DNA from: Botryllus schlosseri
Lineage: Eukaryota
Reading direction: 5' to 3'
Length of the DNA: 64,000 nucleotides
Assembly (NCBI GenBank): GCA_051294905.1
Contig: CM119373.1
Location: 746,001-810,000, forward strand
Positions 51,260 to 63,660 of the stretch are shown here, in pieces; within the stretch, counting starts at the first letter, position 1; the number at the start of each line of letters is the position of its first letter. The notes below the pieces were generated by a model, which did not search any database, was not told the DNA's origin, and worked only from the letters and a program-made list of their open reading frames with translations. The position numbers and the translations under genes were made by a program.

Positions 51260-52870
51260 AAATCAGTAATGACAATGTCATTTTTACTGCTGAGAAAGAC
51301 ATATATGCAAAGAGTATAATCGATACTTTGCGAACATTGGAAAATATCTTGCAGACAAACATGTTTTATCTAGAACCTGCAAGAACTATCTAGGTAGGCC
51401 ACAACCTAACTCAATTTTCATTGAACCAACAACAGAGAATGAGATCATCACAATTGTGCACAATAATTTAAAAAGAGACCCAGCAACAGGACCTGATGGT
51501 GCTCCTGTGGATATTTTCAAGGAAACCATATTCATAACGGCGCCAACCCTCATTGTATTGATCAACAAATGTTTCGAATTTGGGATCTTTCCTGATTGTC
51601 TTAAAGTAGCACGTGTGACACCAGTTTTCAAAAAAGGAGATCCACATAAGTTATCCAACTATAGACACATCAATATTACCAGTTTTTTTCTAAAATATAG
51701 AAAAATTAATGTTGATTAGATTAACCAACTTCACAGATGAATTTAATATATTATCTAAAAAGCAGTTTAGGTTTAGAGAAAACCACTCAACCTTGCATGC
51801 AGTAATTGGCAATTTTGATAACACCTATCAGAGCTTGTTTGAGTAGCTATCAACCATTTGTGTTTATTTAGATCTGCAAAAGGCATTTGACACAGTCGAT
51901 AGAACTATATTACTAGGCAAATTACATCACCAAGGATTTAGAGGAGTCATGTATAAACTATTGGAGTCCTACTTAAACAATAGAAGTCAATTTGTCTAAA
52001 GTACTGAATTTTCATCCGATAAATCTATAGTTGAAATGGGTGTACCCCAATGATCCGTTTTAGGTCCCTTCTTGTTTTTGATCTATATTAATGACTTAGA
52101 TAATGCCTCTGACTTTACTATCCAGTTATTTGCAGACGACACATCCCTGATGCTGTCATCGAACAATATAACTGACTTAGAGTCCTCTTGCAACTCGAAC
52201 CTACAGCAAATATTGAATTGTATGAATACAGCAAATATTGAATTGTATGAATAATAACAATTGATTAACCATAAATACCTCAAAAACTCACTGCATGCTC
52301 TTTGGAAGGAATTCGAAAAGTAAGATTGATATCAGGCTGAATAGGGAAAGCCTGATTCTGCAGAAAATCATAAATTATTTAGGTATATTTATTGATAACA
52401 ATCTGACATGGCGTCAACATATAACCGCAATCTGCAACAAGGTATCATTCGAAAGTCACGTTTTATATTGCCACGGTCCCCACGTATAATGGTTTATCAT
52501 CCTTATTCCACTCTCATCTAACTTATGGTATCATTCTCTGGGGATCTACATTGGAGAAACATTTGGATAGAGTTAGGAGCTGGAAAATAAAGCCATCAGA
52601 GTTAGGAGTCCGCAAAATTAGTACAATCAAACTAATATGCCTTGCCAATCGTAGAGATCGCGTTACCCCTTTATATTATAATCTGAAAATTGATGATATC
52701 TATAGATTTGAAGTCGGCATTTTGATGGATAAGTTCTACAATAACACCCTACCTGACATTTTCTTGGACTGCATCATTCTCATTTCACAAGAGGTTTAGT
52801 TATGACTGGCCCATCATAAAACCATTGCCTATCAAGGTCCTCTAATATGGAACTCCGTGCCTTCCCCATT
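51260..52870 (+). mobile_element. 5'-truncated CR1/L2-group LINE, decayed reverse transcriptase
   Basis: GPDG, TPVFKKGD..LSNYR, QFRFRENHST, LDLQKAFDTVD, GVPQ*SVLGPFLFLIYINDL, LFADDT, YLGIFID. Confidence 0.92.
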
Positions 52871-55800
52871 GACTCTTAGTAAGAGTCAATATCTGTAAGA
52901 GTCAATATCTCTAATGCGAACTAGTACTGGTCAACATATTTTGTTTCAGACTAGTACACTTTCTATTCTTTTCGTTCGTTTATTCTTCTATTCTTTTCGT
53001 TCGTTTATCCTAACATGTGCTCTTACATTTATCCTGTCAGTCTTACAATTCACTGCTGCAGTACGTCGTATGCAATTTATAGCCAATCTACTTCGATCAT
53101 CTGCAGTTGACTCGATGATCAACAGATCACTTCGCTGCAGCTTCATCTTGCAATCATAAAGCATATTGGCCTTATTCTATGAACTGTACATCGTACACAT
53201 CTCTCTTTGAAATTGACACTGTAACCATTTATTTTTGTATGGGTCCGTATGTTTCTGGTGTTTATGCTATTTTTGTTGCTTGTTTTGATTCTAAAAGCGC
53301 TGTTGGTAGGTTGTTGGTAGGTTGGCAGATGATGATTTAAGTTTAATTCAGGACATGTTGAGGTACGAAATACATGATCAACAAACAACCGCTGTTTCAC
53401 AAAAACTTTTACAGCATGACTGCTTTATTGCGAAGTAACGGCTGTAGCCTACATGCCGTGTTTTGATCGAAGGAAAGCGGAGGCGCTTAAGCAAGTGGTG
53501 AACGAATTCCCCATTTCAGAAGGGATCCATCATCACTCATCAGTGAATACAAATATAAAGCTTAACAATGACGCTATATATAACAATGACACTATATATA
53601 CTTTGTGTGAACTTATTGGGCTCAAGCTGCAGTATATAGATGACGTTGAGAATGCTATAGGGATCGGCTGAATCACCGGTTTATGCTTGGCACTTGTCAG
53701 ATCCTTACATGACCATCACCTACAGTTGGAGTTAAGTACGCATCCGTTTAAGTTCGCATCCCAGATAAGTACGCAAAAATTATTCACAAATTCTGGGTTC
53801 AACTTTTTCAACAATTCATTCATTTTGAACATTAAAATGGATGTCAGGAAAGATTAAACTTAAACTTTGCATAACATGACATACAAAGTCTTCTGAAGCA
53901 TATTTTGCATTCTTTTTTTGTTTGGCTTCCTATGTCACCCGTCTCAGTCTTCATTGAAAGCATCCAAAAGTGCTTTTGAGATTATCGTAAGCATCTGCTG
54001 CTTGATTATGTGCGGCAGGACACTAAACTGATCCTCAATTTCAAACTGGTCGTTTTCGACAGGTGGACGTCAGCTGCAACGAGGAGATCGCCGAATCAAC
54101 TTCACCTGACTTTCCCGCATGCTGGTCTACTTCCTCGCTGTAGCGAGTTCAACACGGAGTCGAGGCCAGATTGTTATTGTTTTGAGTTGATCGCTGATGT
54201 CGTTGAGTATAGTATGCTTGAGTTGTTGAAATCAGAAGAGAAACCCGAGGAAGTATCTGGCAGACGTTCAGCACGCTATCGCAAAGTATTCGAAGAAATA
54301 GTGCCGCTGTGATTCCGATTTTTGAAGACACAACTGCCCAGCATTTTGGCAAATTAAATAATGAAGATTATGCTCTTGGAGATGCTGAATATCCACTGAG
54401 GATTTACTCACGCCACTGTTATGCCCAAGAACTTTGACCGACAAAAGTCACTATTGTTTTCATACATAATGTTACCCTCTGGCAGAGCGCTGTAGTTGAC
54501 TCTGTCAACGTGAATTGGACTTTAGCGTATTATTAGGACTATCATCATGTGTGGCCAACATACATTGTATGTTGTATCTTGTAACTAGTCAAATCCAGTA
54601 TCGTTCTTGTGTATTGCACAAGTTTTAGAAAGATATATCTGCCTTTTTCGTACCGCGACTATTTCGCGATCCGTATCCCTATTGGCCAGACTTCACAACC
54701 TCTGTTACGTAAAACTAAAGTTCTACATTGATATCGCTGCCCTTTTAGTGTCGCGAGTATTTCGTGATACTTCGTGATCCGTATTCCTATTGGCTAAATA
54801 CTGCATGACGTTTTCCGCAATTCGTTTCCCTCATTGGCTAAAAGTTGCAACCATTGTTTCGTACTACTGTAGTATAGACTTGATCATTTGATCACGTAAT
54901 GAGACTCATTTTAACCGCTACTAGGACGGACGTTTTTACTTGTCGGTCCACGTATTTCTACGCAAATACATACGTGTCAGAGAGAACTGCTGTGATTTGA
55001 AGAGCTTGCAACAGTACCGGTACAGGACAACCTAGGACCACACCACTGCTGCAGCGCAGTGCTTTCTGTGTTGAATATAGGCAACGCGCGAGATATTTTC
55101 TTCAAGGAAGAACCTCAGAATATCGTAATGACAATAGCCTCCCACTTCCTTCATAATCATAGCAATGCAGACAAGGCAGATGGAGCTGAAATTGCAAGGC
55201 AGATGGAGCTGAAATTGATGACATACTGCAACTGGAAGCCTTGAACGCACTCGCACGGTATCGACTCCTGCAGAGACATCTGCACGACAACGCACGATCT
55301 ATAGAATTTTTTCAAGCTAGCATTCATGAATATTCTTGTTTGCAATACATTTGATTACATTTCAGAACATACTCGTGCTTTATTGCTTGTGACACGTAAA
55401 GATGAGGAAAATGTGCATTATGGCTTTAAGTAGGTTCAAGTTCACAAATTTGTGACACAAGATAGCGAAGTTATTGCAAGGGGCTTGTAAAACTGGAACA
55501 GGCGGACATACGCGGCTTAACAAAATTGAATCAAATGTTCTAGATTCGGCTAGCGTCAAAATAATGTTGTTCAGCATATTCTATAATTATTAGCTTTGAG
55601 ATCATGCTCAACTGGTTTCATTCTCTTCTGCTTTATCACTGATTTCCAAATCTTCGCTGACTTTGTGCCTGGACTTCCGTGAGCTGTTGGTAGAGATATA
55701 ACTGATGAATTTCGAACGAATTTTTTAATTTTTATACTGTTGCTATCGATACAAAACTCAATAGTCTATTGTAATATATAGCATCAGCAAACTATACGAA

Positions 55801-56865
55801 TATTAACAGCAACAATAATGAGATAATAATTAATGGCAATATTAATGATATAACAAACAGACAATTGATGAACTAGTGATGAATGAATAAAGTGCATTAT
55901 TGACCAAGTCTGGATGATACGATTTCATTAGTCTACGCTCTCCACTAAGCAAAACCGTGAGATTTCCCGAGACAGGGACGGAAGACGGCACGGCAGAAGA
56001 TACTTGCGAAGGAGATGTTACTTTAAGACAAGGGTCCGGATTGTTAGGCGTGGTTGCGTAGTCTCTAGCCATAACCTTAGCTTCATTTCCATTTTCATCA
56101 GAATTACTCTCAGCTTCTTTACCGCTACACTTCTTGCACTTCATACGACTAGACGTTTCTGCGTCCATGTTCTCCATTTCCTACAAGAAGAATTGGAGAA
56201 CTACTGACTAGACTACTCTGACTAGTGTATCTATTGGTTCTTAACTGCTACGGTTAGGTAATGATATGACGAATCGACTCTGTCTGAACGACTCGGTGCT
56301 TTGATAGAGCAGACAAGAGCTAATCAAGAGACGACCGTACTCGTTAAGCTTGTAAATGGGATAAATCCCCATAAGGACCGGTTTACTCGACTTTATCACC
56401 CTCTAGAATAGGTGTGAAAGCAAAAGTTGCAACCTGAAAGAGTCAATTGCCTGCTACCCACCTTTTGGCTGAAAGCTGGTAAATGCGCATGTTTCCCACT
56501 CATGTTTTACAGTATAGAGCACTTGTGCTATAAATACGAGTATCAGATTGTTGATTAGACCAAGGACCAAAGGTCTCTCTCCTGAATTTCGCCAGCGTCG
56601 CGAACAACGCAGAAACAGCCTCATTTTGACTTCATCGCGTGACGCAGATGACATCCGAAAACTTTTCAAACCGTCAACAGCAACTCGTCTCAAAACGCCA
56701 AGTATACATCCCGCAGCACGCTAAAAACATCGCCGGCTCGCGAAGCAGTCTAATTCGCTATTCACAAGTAACGGTCCACTTAAACATCCAGTCTGAAGCA
56801 GTCTCCCGCGAGGGCATCCGTGACGGCCGATATACCCTACCCGCTTCGATGCTGCGACGGGCGGA

Positions 56866-58249
56866 TTAATCCTTTCGGGCCACCCAGTCGTAAATGATAA
56901 GTATCACGCTGGCGATCATGAACGCAATGCCGAAAACCAACAGCACGAACGCTTTTATCCTCGACATTCGGCTAACTTTGTCGCGGTTCGCCAGCTTCAG
57001 GAAGAACACGCATGGTAGAATTATCAGCAGACTGGTGGATGACGTGGCACCTGCCAGCCCGAAGATATCTCGAATGTTCGGAATGCTCACCACCAGCACG
57101 ACGGTCAGCGTGAGCAGGCCAGCCATCACGGCGAGGTGACGGAACCATTTGAAGACTTGTGGGTCCGGAAAGAACGTTGGGATTATCGTCTTGCGGCACG
57201 GGTAGTGAAGCAAAGGCGTTGACAGTGTTACGCATATGAGCACCATGATTCTTGATAATATAATCAGAGGGTCGGTAGGTCTAGCATCGCTGTACGTTAA
57301 CAGCAGTTCGGATTTGACCTTGTTGTAAAACGTGAAATATCCGAAGCTTGCGCTGAGCGTATGAATAAAAAAGACCAGCGTAATAGACACCCCGGCTACC
57401 TTTTGCATTTTTTTCGTGGAGGGCCTTCTCAATTCTTGATAAATAAGAAGCATAGACGCGTGGCACATCAAAGCGAAAATCATTGTCGGAACGGCGTAGA
57501 CGCTCTTGCTGGTGACCCGCGCTAACTCGGCCTTTTCAAACTTGCGGTTCCTCTGTGTGATATTGCCAAGTATATCCGTCGTCTTATTATTAAGTGCACA
57601 GAACGGTCAGGGGATAACGAATTTCTCGTAGACAACAGTGAAGGTAAACAGAAGCATACAAAACATGCCGAACGCGCTGGAGTACCCCAGAAACCGGATG
57701 TCTTTCAACGAAGCAAGGGGTACAATCACGAACAGGACCACGACTAACATCAGAAACCAGCCCTGCATAAACCAAGGATCCATAGCTTCATCGTGTTCCC
57801 CCGATAAGACGGACGTTGAATTGGCCAATACTCGCACCAGTTCGGGCATTTCTTTCTTGATAATGAACACATAAATGGACTATCATGATACTGGTGAGAA
57901 TCTTTCCAGGACGACCGTATGATCTCACGGCGAGCCTTTCGTAGGATTTCTCTCCCGGGTGCTTGCTTGTAATCAGCAACAGGTTAATGGTGTAGCCAGC
58001 AAGAAAAGCTGTGATTAGCAACAGAACGTAGAACAAGATAACGCCGATGTTGTTCATGGTGTCGGCCAAACCGAGGATGCCACTTCCCAAAATAGCATTC
58101 ATCAAATTGAAGACAGACAGGCAGAATGATCTGATGTCCTTCTTTCTGTATTTTTCACCATCCTTCTTCGTATATCCGGCTGTAAAAGGCTCGTGTGAGT
58201 CGACCGGACCGTCTTCCAATTCAAAGGTTTCCTCTGTGGCATCACCCAT
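56866..58249 (-). pseudogene. SLC38A: Intronless SLC38A/SNAT amino-acid transporter pseudogene
   Basis: SVFNLMNAILGSGILGL, SYERLA, LGYSSAF, VYAVPTMIFALMCH, FGYFTFY..V.SELL, IRDIFGLAGATS. Frameshifting deletion at ~57874 and in-frame TGA at 57607-57609. Confidence 0.88.
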
Positions 58250-58751
58250 AGTATTGGTTACCTTATCGGAGAGCTGTCGCTACGTTATATATTCTTATCA
58301 CAACAATCACAACGACCGTACGTGCAGTGAACGGAATATCAATACAATGCTGGTTGAAAAAACACATTGATCAAAGTTCCATGTAGTCAGCACTATTCTA
58401 GAAAGTATCTGTTAAACATATTTATGACAATGCTCATAGGGGTTGAGCGAAAATGGATATTGAGGGGAACCCTGCAATCTATCGCAGTTGCGTGCAACAT
58501 TGATTAGGCTCAACGAAATGAGCACGATACATATTTTCCATTTTCTGGTGACGCGTCGCGTGTTCACTTCTTGGCTATAACCACAGCAAAGCCAAACTGT
58601 CAAAACGTCAACGTGCCTAAGTTGAAAGACGTAACCAGTCGAGAGAACTATAATGATGAGTTGACGTAGGCTATCAATAAGGGACCTGTTGATCTGTCGC
58701 AACCTAAAACCTCATCTTGGGGCTTCTTCGATACATGCACTTTATTAACTG

Positions 58752-58972
58752 ATGTTCCCCATGACTACCGATCAGCATCATTACCTTTAGCAGATTCGTA
58801 TCGCTTACCTTTGTTTGCCTAAATGGGCGGGATTCGCAAGTCCAACTTTAGGCACACCTTTACGCCTTACCCCAAACATCACTTCCCGTGTCTCGTAACC
58901 ATAGTCATATCATATTCGTAACCAAATTGATTGGAGTCAGAGGACGAGGGCTACGGTAGTCATGGGGAACAT
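58752..58972. mobile_element. Small MITE
   Basis: Perfect 19-bp inverted repeat ATGTTCCCCATGACTACCG / CGGTAGTCATGGGGAACAT; no clear TSD. Confidence 0.6.
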
Positions 58973-59022
58973 TACTTGATACAATATGGTGCGGTTATGG
59001 GAGAAGTGCTGAGGTGTCCAAG

Positions 59023-62000
59023 TAGGGTTGTTCAGATTTGGGCAATTTTTGGAAACTTGTTTTGCGTAATTCCAAATGATAGTTTAGTGCATAAAAACAC
59101 CTCTAAAACCGATTTTGGTCATTTTCATCGCGGTCTTCCCTGTGCTCAAAGACCCACAGGCCAATTCTCCTTACTAGCGTCGATTCACCATTGCTGGTTT
59201 GTAGCTTTTGTGAAGTTTGCGGTAGAAAACGGCTGAGTAGAGCTGAGAAATATCAGGTTGAATTATCTTTTTGACAATTGAACATACCTACATTCCTATA
59301 CATGCCTAATGTGTTTCACCTTCCCGTATTTGGTATAGGTAGCCGGGTGGTAGGCCTATGTGTGAACAAATACAGGCATTTCCAGCCAGTTTTAACTCTG
59401 TTATTGTTAATCAAAGACATATTGTATATGAATGTAATTTCACCTTTATAGTAGCTCCAATTCACCTAATCCGCATCAGGTTTGCTGTATCTAATACGCA
59501 TGAAAAAAAGTTGACACCCCCCCCTCCAAACACAAAAACTAAGGCCTGTCCTGTCCAAGACGTTGTCACAGTAGCGAATACGGCCAGAATGCAAATGTCA
59601 AAAGCTCACGACACTAGGCTTCTGCTCAAAAGATCATGACAGTCTGAATTAAAAAACTACCAATGCATTCTGTCAGAAAACGTTCACGGTGTTCTTACGG
59701 AAACAGAAACAATAATCTCAATACACATTAGTCATTGTCGTCACCGACTATGGTATGTGCTTACAACTGAGTTAACATAAGAAAAAGAAATCTGGAACAG
59801 ACAGAACAATTTATTGTAAGGAAATTTGCATTATCAAACTTGAAAAGCAGAATAAGGCAAAATACAAATCCGGACATAGTAGGCCGACCATTTACGCGAC
59901 TTGAGACAATTGTGAAAGATGAAAAGACAGTTACCTAATTCTCAACATGTTCTTCAATGATAGTAAGCATAAAAACAAAAAGTGGATAACAACAGGCTCT
60001 AGTCTCAGGCAGGCTTATAGGATTTCAGTGTGGATTTATTGAAGTTGTGATACTTCTGACGGTGTAGCTCAACAACTTGCAGCAGACTTTTCTTTTTGGC
60101 TCTCATCTTCTGTGATGTTCGAAGCAAAGTCGATGTTGAGTTTAACTCCTCGTTCAGCAGCGTCATTAACGACTTTGACATTACTTACAAAATGGCTCAT
60201 TTCATTGTATGATTCATACTGAGGCCATTGTTCCACAGGCTGATTCAACCATTCTCCAGAACACTCAAATTCGTTGAGCAAATGCCATGACTGCGGGCCC
60301 ACTAAATCAGATAAAGTGGTGTTATCATCGATAGTCCTTTCTGATGAGAGAATGGGTGGCCCGCGTCGATAAGATTGCGGTTTTTCAACTTTCAGTAGGC
60401 GGCTTGCAATGCTTTTTCTTGTATCGCAACTTTCTTTTCCTGAGAACAAGGCATAAACCACAGTTTCTTCCACAATGTACCATGGATGCTTCTTCAACTT
60501 ATTGAGAGCAGATTTAGCAACATCTTTATCGGTAGTTGCGTAACCGCGTATCTCTTGAATGAACCGCAAGTAGTTTCCCCGCGCGTCACGCCCAATGCTG
60601 CAGTCCAGCCAAGCAGGAACATAGAATAAGCTTAGAAACAAGTTCATGCGTTCCAGTTGGGTCGAGAAACTTTCCGAGTATTGCATCTGATCAGCCCACA
60701 TGAACATATTCTGAGAATATAGAATAGTCCCCATCCACCTGGCATGATGAGTAGGACCCGGCTTTTGATGTGTTGCACGAAATGCAGCACCTAAGACGGT
60801 TAAGGTGTTGATGAAGCATAGCTTGTAGTCATCCCTTGAAAAAAAATCTTTCTTCGCTAAGGCCTGTGCTAAATGAGCTTCAACGGCCAACGCTCTTTGT
60901 TTGTAGCGCTCTGGGACATCCAAAATTCGAGGGGAAGCATTCGTATCTATTTTTGTTCAGCTTTTTTTGAAATTGTTGAATAATGTATTTTCAGGACCTG
61001 TGGTTTCAGGTCCAAAAATGCTTTTCCAGACACTCTTTACCACCAACTCCAAAACATGATGGCGTTTACCACCAACTCCAAAACATGATGGCGACAAGCA
61101 ACATTACAACATTTTTTCACCTAGGTGGTCTTCCAGTAACTTTGCAGCTCCTTTTTTCCATCCACTATTGCTTGATGTCGTGTCAAATACCAACGCGGCA
61201 ATGGAATTCTGCAAACTCCAAGTCGTTATCAAATCAAAGCAGTTTTTGCTTGGACCTCTCCTGTAGCATTTTCAATCTTTTGAATTCCAAGTAATTTTCC
61301 ATTGGTATGATGAGGATGAGAAGACAAAATAACAGCCAATGCTTCATACTTTGTTCCATACCTGTCTTCTGTCAACATTCCATCCCAGTGTATAGCCGCA
61401 TGATTCGGTAGGTCTTGTTGAAATGACTCGTATATTTCATGCGAAATCTCAAGACGATTAGCTTCTCTACGTCTCTTTATAGTTGACCTGGATAGCACAA
61501 AGTCATTTAAGTCCCCACCGCATGCCTGTATGAAGGCACTAATCAACATAGTTGCTTCATTATCGGTCAATTTAAGACGATCCAGCGCAGCAGTAATCTC
61601 TTTGTTATCCAACAAGTTTCTTGGAGCTTGAAGTTCAACAAAATCGGATTTGATCGCAGCTTCGCATTCAGAGAGTGCAGTGATCGCAGCAGGGTAATTT
61701 CCTGCCAAATGAGCAAATTTATTTTCAGATGAGCACCAAGGTTAATGGATGGCTATGAAATTTGGCACATTGATTCTTCTGTCATTATCATGAGGAAATC
61801 CAAAATTTTTTTCTCAAATTCAATCTGATGGCCGAGTTACACTCCTCACAAAATCATGCTTTTTGCATGTCACGCTTCAGTGATTTTCATCAAATCTGCA
61901 ATGAAACAGCAATATATCTTGCTATGATAGTTTGATAACCCTAAAATTTGGTGGAAATCTTCTCAAAAGCCTGACTAACATATAAAGTGAGCCGAATGAA

Positions 62001-63650
62001 CCATTTGAAGTCTATATCATGTTAGTGAGGCTTGTGAGTAGCAGCTTCTCATTTTCCTACAGCTTAAATGGAATGTGGTATATCTGAAAAGGGGAAAAAA
62101 ATGTAAGGTCATTTTCATGAATTCATGGTTTTCAATGTGCATTCTACCTTGCTACAAAAAATGAACAATTAATTTCCACGTTATCTGGTGGAAATTTGAC
62201 AATTTCTGATTACTGTGAATTTTTGGTATTTCCAATTATGACGTCACAAGCCAAACAAGCTTAACAAACGAAATTCACATAAATTGGTTGTATAGGCCTA
62301 CTGTAAATGAATACATGTTATTCAATCCAGATTTCCCATGCCAATTGGTCTGGAATTTGCAGTTTCTCTAATCATAAACCACATAACTAAAAATGAAATT
62401 GTTCTCGTAGCATACTTGTACAAAAGCATCTCAATTTTTTATGCTTATAAAAGGGATCCATGCACTTCTTGAATCTCAGAGGATACTTGGAGACAAGATC
62501 CTTATAATGATGGTGGCAAATATTTGTAATTTTGTCCTTGTCAATGAATGCCCTGCGACTTATCAGTTCAAGATCATTCTTCAATAAGCTTGGCACAGTT
62601 ATCAACCCGGTTTTCGCGGTAAAATGTAATTTGGGGCAAATTTCTTCCAAGTTTCTTCCAATACTGCAATTTTCAAGCTGAGACATCACCTTTCTAACTA
62701 TGCATTCAAATGAGTTATTTACCTGTTGAAATTAAGACAATAATGTCACTCACTCACTGAAATTGGACTAGTTACTCAGCCACAACTGTACTGTAATTCC
62801 CATGGCCAGTTTACTCCATTCAGCCACCTTTAACAATCGACGCATTGTGACATCACAGTGAACAATGCCTTGAAAGTTTTAGTTCATTGTTCATCTAATC
62901 CAATTCTTAATTTGAATTTTTTTACTGGTGTAGTTGGAAATTAATGAATTGAATCAATATTAAATGGAAGATAATATATTCAAGATCATTCTTTCAGAAT
63001 TTGGGCTTCTAAAATTTTTCCCCTTTTTATTTATGGGAGTGTAAACTTTCGGTACCAAAACATGCAGTAGGAGTCTTTGGTGACATTATTTTATATGATA
63101 ACATATTCTGAAATGTTTGGGCCATCAATTTAAGAATTCTTGGATACCAGTAGTATCATGTCCCCAAATTTCAGCCACGCTGACGGCTTTTTACCTTTAA
63201 AATTATGACATTGAAAAAATAATTGACTGTGTTCAATGAACCGTGACAAGGAAAATGTGCAAACTTTGAAGCCTCATAACTTCGTACTTTTTCAGAATTT
63301 TTAAAAAAAAAATTGGATTTGGCCTGTCTAAAGCTACATCAGCCAGTGTGCCAAATCCCATATAAATTCTCCAACCTTGGTGCAACCCCCTTGCTGATTT
63401 GGCAGGAAATTACCCAGCATCATATTCAGAGGCCGGAGTTTCTCATCCCCAGATGATGACGACATCAATGAAACAAATTCCTCGCTAGACGGATCGTCAC
63501 TGATCTCCGTTGGAATCTGTGTCAGTATCGAATGTGACTATGGAACGGAAACTCCCGTTTTCTCATTGTTAAGTCACGCTCGACTGAATCTAGCGACTTT
63601 GGTCAATCGCAGCGCAACAATCGAACAATTTGCCTTAGGTTAAATGGCAT
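59023..63650 (-). mobile_element. hATm-type transposon with decayed transposase, interrupted by Sola2
   Basis: HWDG, GKLLG, FDTT, CRHH, KPGPTHHARWM, KVVNDAAERGVKL motifs (60069-61691); terminus TAGGGTTGTTCAG at 59023; coding-like sequence continues beyond the Sola2 TSD at 63416. Confidence 0.8.
61692..63415 (-). mobile_element. Sola2-type element, internally deleted
   Basis: TIR GGGTAATTTCCTGCCAAAT (perfect 19 bp, imperfect extension); 4-bp TSD AGCA; ORF 62387-62689 with ICHHH..Y...KCMDPFYKHKK resembling Sola2 transposase N-termini. Confidence 0.82.
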
Positions 63651-63660
63651 ATCACACTTA

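Larger units (their letters stand above)
46330..51683 (-). repeat. Segmental duplication, copy B
   Basis: Reverse complement of 22736-27924, with a private insertion at 48990-50489. Confidence 0.95.

Noticed and set aside
22736..51683. A single giant transposon (Polinton/foldback) with multi-kb TIRs
   Set aside because: The repeats end inside a LINE and inside another element, there is no TSD, and no polB, integrase or capsid genes lie between them.
57607..57609. Selenocysteine recoding of the TGA at a conserved Cys
   Set aside because: The same gene has a frameshifting deletion and other lesions, and I saw no SECIS. A nonsense mutation is simpler.
58752..58972. Promoter or 5' exon of the SLC38A copy
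   Set aside because: The donor-like and Ets-like motifs fall inside an inverted-repeat-bounded MITE.
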